Assembly (NCBI GenBank): GCA_040765985.1
Contig: JAXGRK010000001.1
Coordinates: 8,513 to 72,512, forward strand
Source of the DNA: Candidatus Dojkabacteria bacterium
Lineage (GTDB): Bacteria > Patescibacteriota > Dojkabacteria > SC72
Direction: 5' to 3'
Length of the DNA: 64,000 nt
Position numbers and translations under genes: made by a program. A model generated the notes under the pieces. The model was not told the origin of the DNA. It saw only the letters and a list, made by a program, of their open reading frames with translations, and searched no databases. Shown in pieces: positions 21,336 through 31,496 of this stretch. Each line of letters opens with the position of its first letter. The first letter of the stretch is position 1.

Positions 21336-24300
21336 TTAAGGTTTAAAACCTACTTCTGTTTTTTGTAATGTGTATGTATTACCAAAAAACTGTTCTGCTA
21401 ATATGCCGTATTTAGGATGATAGTCTATAACTAAGACAGGGAATCTTAATCTCTCTTCTAATCGAAGATATCTCAAGATTTGTATACTAGGATTTGTACT
21501 ACTGTCTAGAGACAGGAGCCCTCCATCCATATACAAACCGTCAATTATTTCTCCATAGTCTAATTCATCAGGAGAGAACAGATTTTCATTTCTAATATCA
21601 TCAAAGTAGAAGGATTCTCCTGGATTTATATTAATTATCCTAAATGCGTAATACAGTACTCTATCTAATAAATTATCCCTTATACCTGTAATATCTATTG
21701 ATACAGGAACCCATTCGTTTGCATTGGGAATTGTAACATTGAATGTTCTTTCTGAATAAGTACTTTCTCCGAATTGGAATTGAACGGATGCACCTGCCTG
21801 TGTTGATCTTATCCAAAATGTTATTAAATCATAATTAGACATATTTCGAGAGACAGATTTTTGAGTCCATACAACATCATCTAGTGAAGCAGGGATATCA
21901 TATCCACTTACAACATTATCAACGTAAAAAGTATTTGTAGAATCTGCATTTAATATTGTTATTATTAATTGTGATATTGAATCTTTGTTTACATTAGATA
22001 CCCCAGAGAGATCTAAAGTAACTCTTTGATATGTATTTGCAGATACCACATTAGGGATAATCTGTGTTACAGTTCCCCCTGAGTCTTTAATACCAATTGA
22101 GACATTACTTCCTGTTCTATTAGACCTCATATAGAAGGATAGGTATGTATTACCAGAGAGATTCAATGGAGTAGGGAAGGTTTTAACTGCAGTTTTATTT
22201 AATGATACTGTTTGGTCTGCAACAACCTTAAGAGCGTATGAGCCCTGTTGTACAATAGTTGGTTCATGATAGACCATTACACCACTACTTGTAGAATATC
22301 TAACGATAACGACACCAGAACCACCGTAACCACCTCTGACATTATATGACCCTGCATTACCACCACCTCCTCCTCCTGTATTTGCTGCTCCACTATATCT
22401 TGCATTTCCACCTCCACCTAAACCACCTAGGCCTCCTTTAGCAATATCCAAAGCACCACCACCACCTCCACCTCCATAATACTTTAGGGTTCCAGATATG
22501 GAGTTTGCAACACCAATACCTCCATCACCACCATTTCTCAAAGTTGTAGATAAATAATTTGCATTTTGACCACCTGCACCAGCTCCACCACCACCACCTC
22601 CTCCCCACCCCCTATACGCCCAGGTTGACCAGGTTGTCACACCATTTCCACCGCTGTTTCCTTGTCCAGCAACTCCAGCTCCACCACGACCGTAAGGGGT
22701 ACCATAGCCACCCGAGCCACCACCACCCGAGCCACCTAAATTTCCATTTTCCGATTCGATGGTAACAGCATGATCTCCACCAGCTCCTCCTCCTCTTGCC
22801 ACAAGAGTAGAAAAGGTAGAGTTTTGACCATTTGAAGCACCATCGTACGAATAGCTACGACCACCAGCTCCTACTGTAATATTTACATATGTTCCTGAAG
22901 ATACAGGAAAAGAAGGGTTGTAGATAACTCCTCCGGCACCACCACCACCACCACCACAGTCATTACCACCACCACCTCCTCCTCCACCAACAACCAATAC
23001 CTGCACATTCCCTCCCCTAGTAATAGTGAATCTTCCTCCGGAATTAAATGTGTGAACTACATCACTTCCTACATTTGTAACTATTCCACCAGTTGCAATA
23101 ACCCCCTCTCCAACTCCTGTATAATAGGCAGCTTGAGCCAATGCATCTGTTGAATACTCCATTAAATCTATAGTTTCAGATGAGCTAGTATAATTATCTG
23201 CAGCAGTAACTTTTATTGAACCTGTTTCTTCAGTATATAGGGATGGATTTAATTCTTGTGATAAAATTGTATTAACAGAATCCGTACTTTGCCATACAGT
23301 AACATCATCTGCATCATCAATAACATCAGGATCCCCTTGTGGTAATTTATTATCTTCATGCTCTATGAGTAATTTCTCCATCTGCTAATATATATGCATT
23401 CAACACGTCATAGAGAAGGAATTCTTACTAGATGCGTTGCTACCTTCAGAGATAATTACATCACCTTTTACTATGAATATACATCCAAGAGAATCATCTT
23501 GCTTTACTTGATGATTACGAACATCTGGACTGATTGTTAAATTTCCTTCAACAAATATTGCTGCTTTCCTATTACAAATGAAAGTCTCTTTAGAAGCGTT
23601 GACTGAAAGATTTCCCGGTACTTTCAATACACAGAATTCTTGATTTTGTCCTCCACAAGCTCCTGTACCATTTAAATTACTCTCAATTGTTGATGTAGCA
23701 GGACTTATTTCTATTAAACTAGACATTTTAGTTTTGTCCCTCTCGTAAGCCCTTAAGAAATTGTCATAGAAACTTGTTACTTTTGTTTGTGGATAGTTTT
23801 TAATATTGTAACTTTTAGTAAATGGGCTATTTACAAGAGAACTAGGTGAAGTAGAGGATTGTCCTTGTGCAAAGAGTTCACTTGAAAGATCAGCAAGATT
23901 GTAGAGTAGTGACCCTGAATCACCAATAGGTGGAAGAATACCTGCCCATCCAGGATCCTCTGTAAATGTTTTTGTTGAGAATGTAGACCCATCTAAAGAG
24001 TAGACCAAACCACCATCTGTTACTAACCAATCATTTATATCAAATATACTTTGATCATATTGTGGCATAGAGACATTACCTGCATCATCAAATGCTGTTA
24101 AGTAAAATATGAGTATTCCCTCTCTATTCTCTCCAATATTTATAGTAATACTTCCAGTATGAGATGCAGTACCCATATTCGGATCCACTCTAAATGCCCA
24201 ACCAGTATCTAAATTACCAATTACTCCACCCAGCGAAGTACTTAGAGTAGGGGAGAATGTTCCTCCCAAACCATATTTTAAAGTTACTCCAGAGGAAGCT

Positions 24301-25982
24301 TGTATTATGGATATATCTCCAACATCTGCTAACGATGCAGTAGTGTAAATGTTTCCGACAATTGAGTACAAGCTTTTTTCATCAGTAGCTTGCCACTCTA
24401 TTTTAATTGTATTTCCTATTACAGATGAAATAGATGGGGTGTTGTTAATAAATTGAATTGTAGGAGCTATCTTATCAACAGTCCATTTATTTCCCATCCA
24501 ACCAGCACTTGGATTAGAGAATGCCCAATCTCTAGCATATGTTTGTGCTACTGCTGGTTCAGATCTATATCTCAATTTATTTACAGGCCAGTAATCAATT
24601 TGTGGTGTTGCTGGATTATCCTGAACAGTAGTTCGCCAATTTTCTGACACAGGGAATGTATAATTATTGTATGGAGTAAAACTAAATGTATCTAAACCCA
24701 TAAGTAGTACATCGTAAGTTGTTTGAGATACACTTTCTGTTAATATACTAGGATCTGAAAATCTTAAGCTAAATTCCATTGTAACTGTATTTCCAAGAGG
24801 AGAGATAGGAGAGATAGGAGAGGTGATTCTTACTTCTACCATATTTCCTCTATTAGGACCCGGTATCATGAATGAACGGTTAATATCATCATACATTGCT
24901 TTAGTCCATACTGCTGGGTCTACAGCCCAACTTGGAACATAAGGGACCCATACTCCTCCTTCTTTTACCATCATAAAGCCCCAACTGTTGTTTGCGGGTG
25001 CATCTGGTGCGGCTGTTGTTGATATCCATATTGGTGTATTTACTTCTCCAGTTAAAGATTGGTCTCTAAACCATACTCCTAGGGCTTCAATATCGTTAGC
25101 ACCGTTAATATCAGTATAGCTAGCAATCATTTTTACCGGTTCATTTAGATTCCCACTGTTTGTTGTTAATTGTGGTATTCCTGTATGCGTATTACTAAGA
25201 AAACCGTATCCATTTGCAGGGTCGTTATCTATTACTAATGTCTCAACTGGTTGGGAAGATACTGGTTCATAACAATCTCCATATTTATATACATCACAAA
25301 TATTAAACGTATATTTAAAATTAGGAAGTATCATATTAGGAGCTCCTACTGGGTTACTTTCCAATAAAGGAGAAGGGCATGCTGGAAGAGCAGGGGGTTC
25401 TTCACAGTAACATGTTCTGTATCTTGTACTACAATTACCATCGATAGGGGTATTTTGGCATGATTTGTATTGTGGGTAATCTCCCCATCCTATATCATCA
25501 TTTTTTAAGGGATCACAATCCGGAAGAGTACATAAATAGCAGTAACAGCTTTTAGAATTACAATTGTCATCACACCCATCTCCGTTATCACAACAGATTT
25601 CTAATTTTTTCCAAAGGTCTCCTGTATTTGTAGTTGTAGTATTTGCAGGACAGGTAGGAGTACCAGGGGTACAATCATCACAAGCACGTGTACTTGTATC
25701 ACAACAAGGACAACTAGTACGTGTTCCATCACACGTCATACCACTTGTACCACCAATGCAATTATCAGATGAACCCGAACAATCATACCAATCCTGAGTG
25801 TCAACACAAAAGCCAGGATACCCATCGTATGCTCCATAATGATTAGATGATGCACACCACCCACCTGATTGATCACAAGCGTAGGGTAAACAGTTCTCAG
25901 AATAAACTTTTTTCAATATCAAATATAAGTAATGAAAATATTACGAAAAAGAAAATTTTAATAAAACAAATTGTTTATTCAT
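21336..25982 (-). CDS. Giant (~1500 aa) pilus-locus surface protein B: TM anchor, Cys-rich stalk, conserved core, ~600-aa insertion with a Gly-rich domain and CBM-like modules, and a conserved C-terminal module. Reconstructed from two ORFs plus an N-terminal piece
   Basis: ORFs 23400-25922 and 21336-23381 are bridged in the third frame by LNAYILADGEI, which matches VNAYILGDGQI of paralog A. Upstream, the ATG at 25982 gives MNKQFVLLKFSFFVIFSLLIF once T/A homopolymers are corrected. See findings. Confidence 0.6.
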
Positions 25983-26942
25983 TGTTTAGAAAAAATCCCA
26001 CAGATTGTTTAGCAATAGATATCTTAACATATTCATCAATTTCTTTATCAAGTATATACTCATCTAAATTATCTTTTCTACTACACATACCCTCTGGTAA
26101 CTTCTTATCATTACAGTAGCTATTTATCTGTTCTTGATTGATAATCGTACCCATTGGTAAGTAAGAACAAGACATAACATAGGATTTAGAGATATCAATT
26201 TCAGAGATATTTTGGTATTTATTACAATCTCTTCTAAAGATTCATTAAGATAGTAGAATTTATCTACTCTAATGTTCTTTTCCATAAGTACATTATTAAC
26301 ACTTGTAAAAATATCCATTACAATCTCATGTTTTCAACAGATATAGAATCAATTTTTACATTAAGAAAATTAATATATTTTATTTCTATACCTTCTAGAG
26401 GATTTCTTGAATTGTATAAATAATAACCCTTTATCTCTTTATCAACATCTTTCTGTAATCTTACATTCTTTATATATATATTCAACTCATCAAACGCAGA
26501 GTAATTTTATTAACACCCTCATCATCTATTAACTCCATTGATATATTAGATACTTTATACGATATAGGGAAAAGAGAGTATATTTAAATGTAATATGCAT
26601 AGGAACCTTTAAAGTAGTATCTAATACTGGATCACTAATATTTAATATCTTAGAATTTTGACACACTTCTAAAGGTATTTGTATTGGTATATTCATTGTT
26701 TAATACCCATAAATCTAAACAGTTCTTTCCATCCCTTTCCTCTGTTTTCAATACAAAAGTATCACACTGTATTGATACAGTAAAAAGTTTCTTCTCTACT
26801 GTACATATATCCATTAAAGATTCATAACTAGTTAGTTTAGGAGTATTTCCAAACCATCCCATTAAATATGAAAGGAGTAGGGATGTAAGGATAACGAATG
26901 TTAAAAGAAGAGATACGTATAATGTTTTTTCTTAATAGTCAT
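25975..26942 (-). pseudogene. Hypothetical membrane-anchored protein; heavily fragmented reading frame
   Basis: ATG at 26942 gives MTIKKK, then after a shift TLYVSLLLTFVILTSLLLSYLMGWFGNTPKL (ORF 26650-26862). Further fragments are 26124-26318 and 25975-26175. No family recognised. Confidence 0.35.
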
Positions 26943-27008
26943 GCATATATTTATGTATATCTTAATACAAACTAAACTGGTTTTGCAATTTTAATACTAC
27001 AAGATTTC

Positions 27009-29390
27009 TTAATACGGCTTTACCCCTATCTCTGTCTTTTGCATTACAAGAGAACCACCAAAAAGGGTTCTAGCCAATACACCGTATTTAGAGTGATGAT
27101 CTACAACTAAAACAGGATACTTTAATCTATCCTCTAATTTCAAATTCCTATTAACAATTAATCCATCGGGCCTTAGTGTATGAAGCCCACCATTTATGTA
27201 AATACCATCATATATTGTTGAGGATGATTCTTTGGTTATATCTATCTGCCCATCTCCTAATATATATGCATTCACTTCATCATATTCAACTATTAAACCT
27301 TCTGTTGCATTTGAGTTTGTAGAAGATTTGATTCCTTCACCAATTCTAATATTTCCACCTACAACAAATATACAAGCATCCCTATTAAAATTCCCACTCC
27401 GTATTCTCCCTTGAATATTTAAATCCCCTGAAACAAAGAATACTGCTCTTCCATCACATATGAAATCGGTTGATACTGTTAAAGAAGATTTATTAAGATA
27501 CCCAATATCATCAAAACCAATTCCGTATTTTGAAGAGAGTGTTCCTGATAGAGAGGTAGTATCGATATTTTTCAAATTTTGAATAGAGCTTTTTCTTCTA
27601 TCAAACAACCCCTTGAGAGTAGGGTAGTATCCATTTATATCTTGTAATGTATACGGCCTAACCATATATGCCTTGGTCAGAAGAGATTTAACAGGAGTTT
27701 CTAGTATCCCATCACTTTTAATTCCTACTAGCTCTGTAGAGATATCTGAATATTCATAATTAACCCTATTAAGATACTCTTTAACATCCCAGGTCCCAGG
27801 GGATGAAGTAAATTGTCTTATCGGTACATCCACAGCGTTGGCATAGAGGAGTCCTCCCTGGGTTATTATCCAATCTCTAAAATCTAAATTATCAGAAAGG
27901 TATCCTACATTTCCACCCACATCAAATACTGTAACCGAGAATTTCAAAGCTCCTTGTCCATTATCACCAACATCTATTTTAAGAGACCCACTCCTACAAT
28001 CACCCTCTATTTTAAGCATGAAGCCACCCCTTAAATCACCCGTAAGTATTGTTCCTTCTTCACTTAAAGAGTAAGAGAGCGGTAATTTAGAAGAAAGTGT
28101 TCCTGTACCCGTAAATTCAACAACTGTAATGGGTTTTATATTTATAAAGCCAGGTAAGTATGTTGCATTGATTACAACATACTTCAAAGCGAGGTTTTCA
28201 TCTGATGACCAGTTAAGAGTAACCATTGTTTTTTCAGATTCAACAACAGTAACAGTACTTGCAGAAACAATCGGTCTTGTTAAATCTATATTCCAATCTT
28301 TGTTCGTATTTACCCAATTTTTATATATTCTAATCTGTTCATTTCCATATATTTTTTGAATGATATTTTTTACAGCTGTATATGAATTGTAGTTATCGTA
28401 AGGTGTAAAACCGAATGTGTCATTACCTTGTAAAAAGACGTAGTATTTTCCATCTTTCACACTCAATTCCTGATTATTAAAACCAATATTGAAATCTACA
28501 ACAACAGAGCTATTTACCTCTTTAATACTGTTAATCACAATGTTAACCATTCTTTTTCCAGTGGGACCTGATATGTAGAAATCTGTATTTGATGTGGTAG
28601 GTAACCATCTGTCTCCAGCATCATCACCATCTCCGACAATTCCTGGGATGTATGGTTTCCATGTAGCACCTTCTCTGTGCATTAGAAAACCGAATTCACC
28701 ATTTGAACGTGTTTGTCTAATTTGTGCAGCACTACTATTATTTAAATCTATATACACAGGAGTAATGGGGGAAGTATTAGTTTGACTAAACCATATATAC
28801 ATTGCTTCTATCTCTGCAGATGTAGTATCGGTAAATGTAGCAACCATTCTAATTGGTTCGTTTACACTATCATCTACAGTTGTACTTTTAACACCAGCAC
28901 CAGTGTAAGTATCTGAGATAAACCCTAATGTAGTAGGGGTATTTTCAGGATATATTTGTAAAGAACTCAATGGCTGATCACTAGGTATCTCATAACAGTT
29001 CTGTAGTGTTTAATTGGCTTAGAACATCCACCTTTATCGGTACAAGAGTATATATTCTTTAAAGCCCATACATTAGCAGTACCAGTTGTAGGAAAAGAGC
29101 ATGCAGGGAGTTTACATCTAACACATGGGGGGAGTACTCCCTCCTCCTCCACCATCAACAATAGGGGCACAACCTGGACAAGGAATAATTATTTTACCAC
29201 TATTTCCAGCACCTTCTATAGTTTCACAACCCGGCCCTTCTCTTGAGTAACAACATCCTGCAAACATAAGCCCCCAAGTTCCACCATCCAACTCTCCAGC
29301 ATGTACATCTTCTTTAATAGAAAAGTAGAATATGATTATTGTTACAAAAGTAAATATTAGAAATCTTGTTATATCTCTCCTAATTTTCAT
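27009..29390 (-). CDS. Pilus-locus surface protein A (~790 aa), shorter paralog of protein B: TM anchor, Cys-rich region, conserved core and C-terminal module. Two frameshifts near the N-terminus
   Basis: ORF 29118-29390 (MKIRRDITRFLIFTFVTIIIFYF, CCYSREGPGCE, IIPCPGCAP) joins ORF 28967-29170 (PPCVRCKLPAC) across a C6 run at ~29125. That joins ORF 27009-28970 via CYEIPSDQPLSSLQIYPEN. Confidence 0.6.
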
Positions 29391-31086
29391 TTATTTTATC
29401 TATCAGATAAATAAAATAGTAAGAATCTAACATATCTGCAAAAGAAGAAATCGCTATTCCATCTTCCCAATTTTGTTCAACTCTCCATACAAAATATCCA
29501 TATTCATCTAATTTTTCTAAGCTGTTTTCATTCTTACTAAATATTGGATCTGCTCTATATAACTCATACGTATTTAATTTCGGAGCTACAGAACTTAGAT
29601 AGTAATGATTGTAGAAAGAATCATACAAAATACTTTTCGATACATCAGGATACGAATTTAATGTTGCCTCTGCACATATTAGTTTCTTAGCAATATTTAA
29701 AGAACAGTACTCATCCTTTAATATACCGTTACATAATGAAGAGAAATCAGGTAAGGATGTAAATATTGATTCAATTTTGCTTGTTAATGTTAAATCGTTG
29801 TATTCCGATTTCATATCTTCAGATCCCTTTAGGAGATGACACTTACCCATAACTGTAGGATATGCGTTCTCTAATTTTTCAGAGTTAGAAAAGTAGGAAT
29901 ATATTTGATTCTTAGTATACTTTTGACCGTTAAGACCTAAAAGATCTATAAGGGAGTTGTAATATATCATCTCAGAAGGTAAAGAGAGTAGGTAGCTATT
30001 CCCACTTCCTAAAGTATCATAACCGTAGTAATCTTTTACTTTCTCATCATAAGTTAGAAGTTGATAATCTAGAACATTCTTACAATGATTAAAAGAAGAT
30101 GATTTAATCTCATTACATAGTTGTGTAGAACACTCACTCAGATTGTTTACCGTGTTATATGCAAATTGGCAATCATAGAATGATTGTTTAATATCATCAG
30201 TAGAGTAGGAGTTTATGGTTTGCATATATGACATTAAATCAATCTCTTCATAGTCAATATATTTCCTATTTATCATTTCAGAAATTGTATAAAGCATTAA
30301 CTGAATAGTAGAACTATCAGAACTATCAATTTTATCTGTGATAAATGTAGTACTCATTTTATATGTTCCATCGGGTACAGCTAACTGTGTTGTTCTAAGT
30401 TTAAAAGAATCTTTGTTAAAATATCCAAAATCATCTGTAATGAAATAATTAAACAGACCTCGAACTAGAGGATCTTTATTGATTGAATCATAGTACAATA
30501 CTTTTTCTTCTAAACTTTTATCCGTTAATTCAACACTCCATTGTGTTAAATCTCTGTTAATTAAACAGTTTCCACGACCACAAGATGTATTGATATCAAA
30601 GAGATTAGAGTAAGCTTTCTTTACAACACAGAAAGAGAAATCGAAAAAGTATTTTAAATCTTTCTCAACCCTATATACAAATTTAATCACAAGGGGCTCA
30701 TTAAATTCTAGTCTAGAGAAATCAAATTCTCCTTTGTTTTTTGCTAAAGCAATTGTAAATCTTGACTCATCTCTACTTTGATAGTAAGTATCAAAATTAA
30801 ATGGAACTCCCGTAATAGTATATTCATTATTTATCTCTGAATACTCTTCCAATATTATCGGAAACTGATACTCAATATATTTCTCATCTCGCTTAGGGAA
30901 ATCATTTCTAACCTTTTGTGCTAGTTGATTACTATCTAAATTTATAAACATTGATACATACGGTCTATCACTTCTCATTGATATGAATGAAAATAGCAAC
31001 CAAGAAATTAATAATAGCATTAAGAAAGCAAAAACTATTGCCCCTAATCTCACAAAAGTCCTTTTCTGTAGTTTATTTTCTTTCAC
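29380..31086 (-). CDS. Hypothetical N-terminally anchored protein (568 aa) inside the pilus operon
   Basis: Intact ORF with TM LGAIVFAFLMLLLISWLLFSFI and then a large Cys-containing domain. Its stop overlaps the protein A start by 11 nt. No family recognised. Confidence 0.6.
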   Translation of the reverse strand: MKENKLQKRTFVRLGAIVFAFLMLLLISWLLFSFISMRSDRPYVSMFINLDSNQLAQKVRNDFPKRDEKYIEYQFPIILEEYSEINNEYTITGVPFNFDTYYQSRDESRFTIALAKNKGEFDFSRLEFNEPLVIKFVYRVEKDLKYFFDFSFCVVKKAYSNLFDINTSCGRGNCLINRDLTQWSVELTDKSLEEKVLYYDSINKDPLVRGLFNYFITDDFGYFNKDSFKLRTTQLAVPDGTYKMSTTFITDKIDSSDSSTIQLMLYTISEMINRKYIDYEEIDLMSYMQTINSYSTDDIKQSFYDCQFAYNTVNNLSECSTQLCNEIKSSSFNHCKNVLDYQLLTYDEKVKDYYGYDTLGSGNSYLLSLPSEMIYYNSLIDLLGLNGQKYTKNQIYSYFSNSEKLENAYPTVMGKCHLLKGSEDMKSEYNDLTLTSKIESIFTSLPDFSSLCNGILKDEYCSLNIAKKLICAEATLNSYPDVSKSILYDSFYNHYYLSSVAPKLNTYELYRADPIFSKNENSLEKLDEYGYFVWRVEQNWEDGIAISSFADMLDSYYFIYLIDKINEN

Positions 31087-31093
31087 TCGTTAC

Positions 31094-31477
31094 CTATCCA
31101 AAAAACTTACTTAACTCTTTTACTAATCCCTCATAGTCCAAATCTGTTTTAACAAGATATGATGTAGCTCCAATATTAAACGCCTCTTTAACTACAGATT
31201 CGCTTGTCATATTTGTAAGTATGACAATAGGCATTTTCCCATATTTATCCTCATTGTTTTTAACAGTTTTAAGTACTTCTAAACCATCAACCCCAGGCAT
31301 CATTAAATCTAATAGTACCAAATCTATCTGATCAACATTATTTGCTAAAAGATCAAGAGCTTGATAGCCATCCAAAGCTTTCATTGGAATATATCCTGCT
31401 GTCTCCACCAACTCTGCGTAAGAATCTAAAAGAGGTGCTTCATCTTCAACTATCAGTATTTTTTTTGTATCAGCCAT
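31094..31477 (-). CDS. Single-domain response regulator (CheY/PilH-like receiver)
   Basis: KILIVEDE...DLVLLDLMMPGVDG...PIVILT...YLVK carries the receiver acidic pocket, phospho-Asp, Thr and Lys positions. Confidence 0.9.
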   Translation of the reverse strand: MADTKKILIVEDEAPLLDSYAELVETAGYIPMKALDGYQALDLLANNVDQIDLVLLDLMMPGVDGLEVLKTVKNNEDKYGKMPIVILTNMTSESVVKEAFNIGATSYLVKTDLDYEGLVKELSKFFG

Positions 31478-31496
31478 TAAAATAAATATTTAAAAA

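Noticed and set aside
22559-22765. His/Pro-rich + strand ORF (HHHHLLPTPYTPRL...)
   Set aside because: It is the antisense shadow of the poly-Gly coding region (GGN codons read as NCC). It has no start context and no independent support.
22296-23099. Gly-codon simple repeats as an on/off phase-variation switch
   Set aside because: The runs are trinucleotide-based and interrupted by mixed GGT/GGA/GGC/GGG codons. Slippage would change length but not frame.
25935-25965. Homopolymer tracts at the 5' ends of adhesin genes A and B (also ~29125) as genuine contingency loci
   Set aside because: Identical homopolymer-associated breaks occur in housekeeping genes (tig, Clp ATPase, pilB/C/D). A general indel artefact is therefore more parsimonious. 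This cannot be fully excluded without reads.
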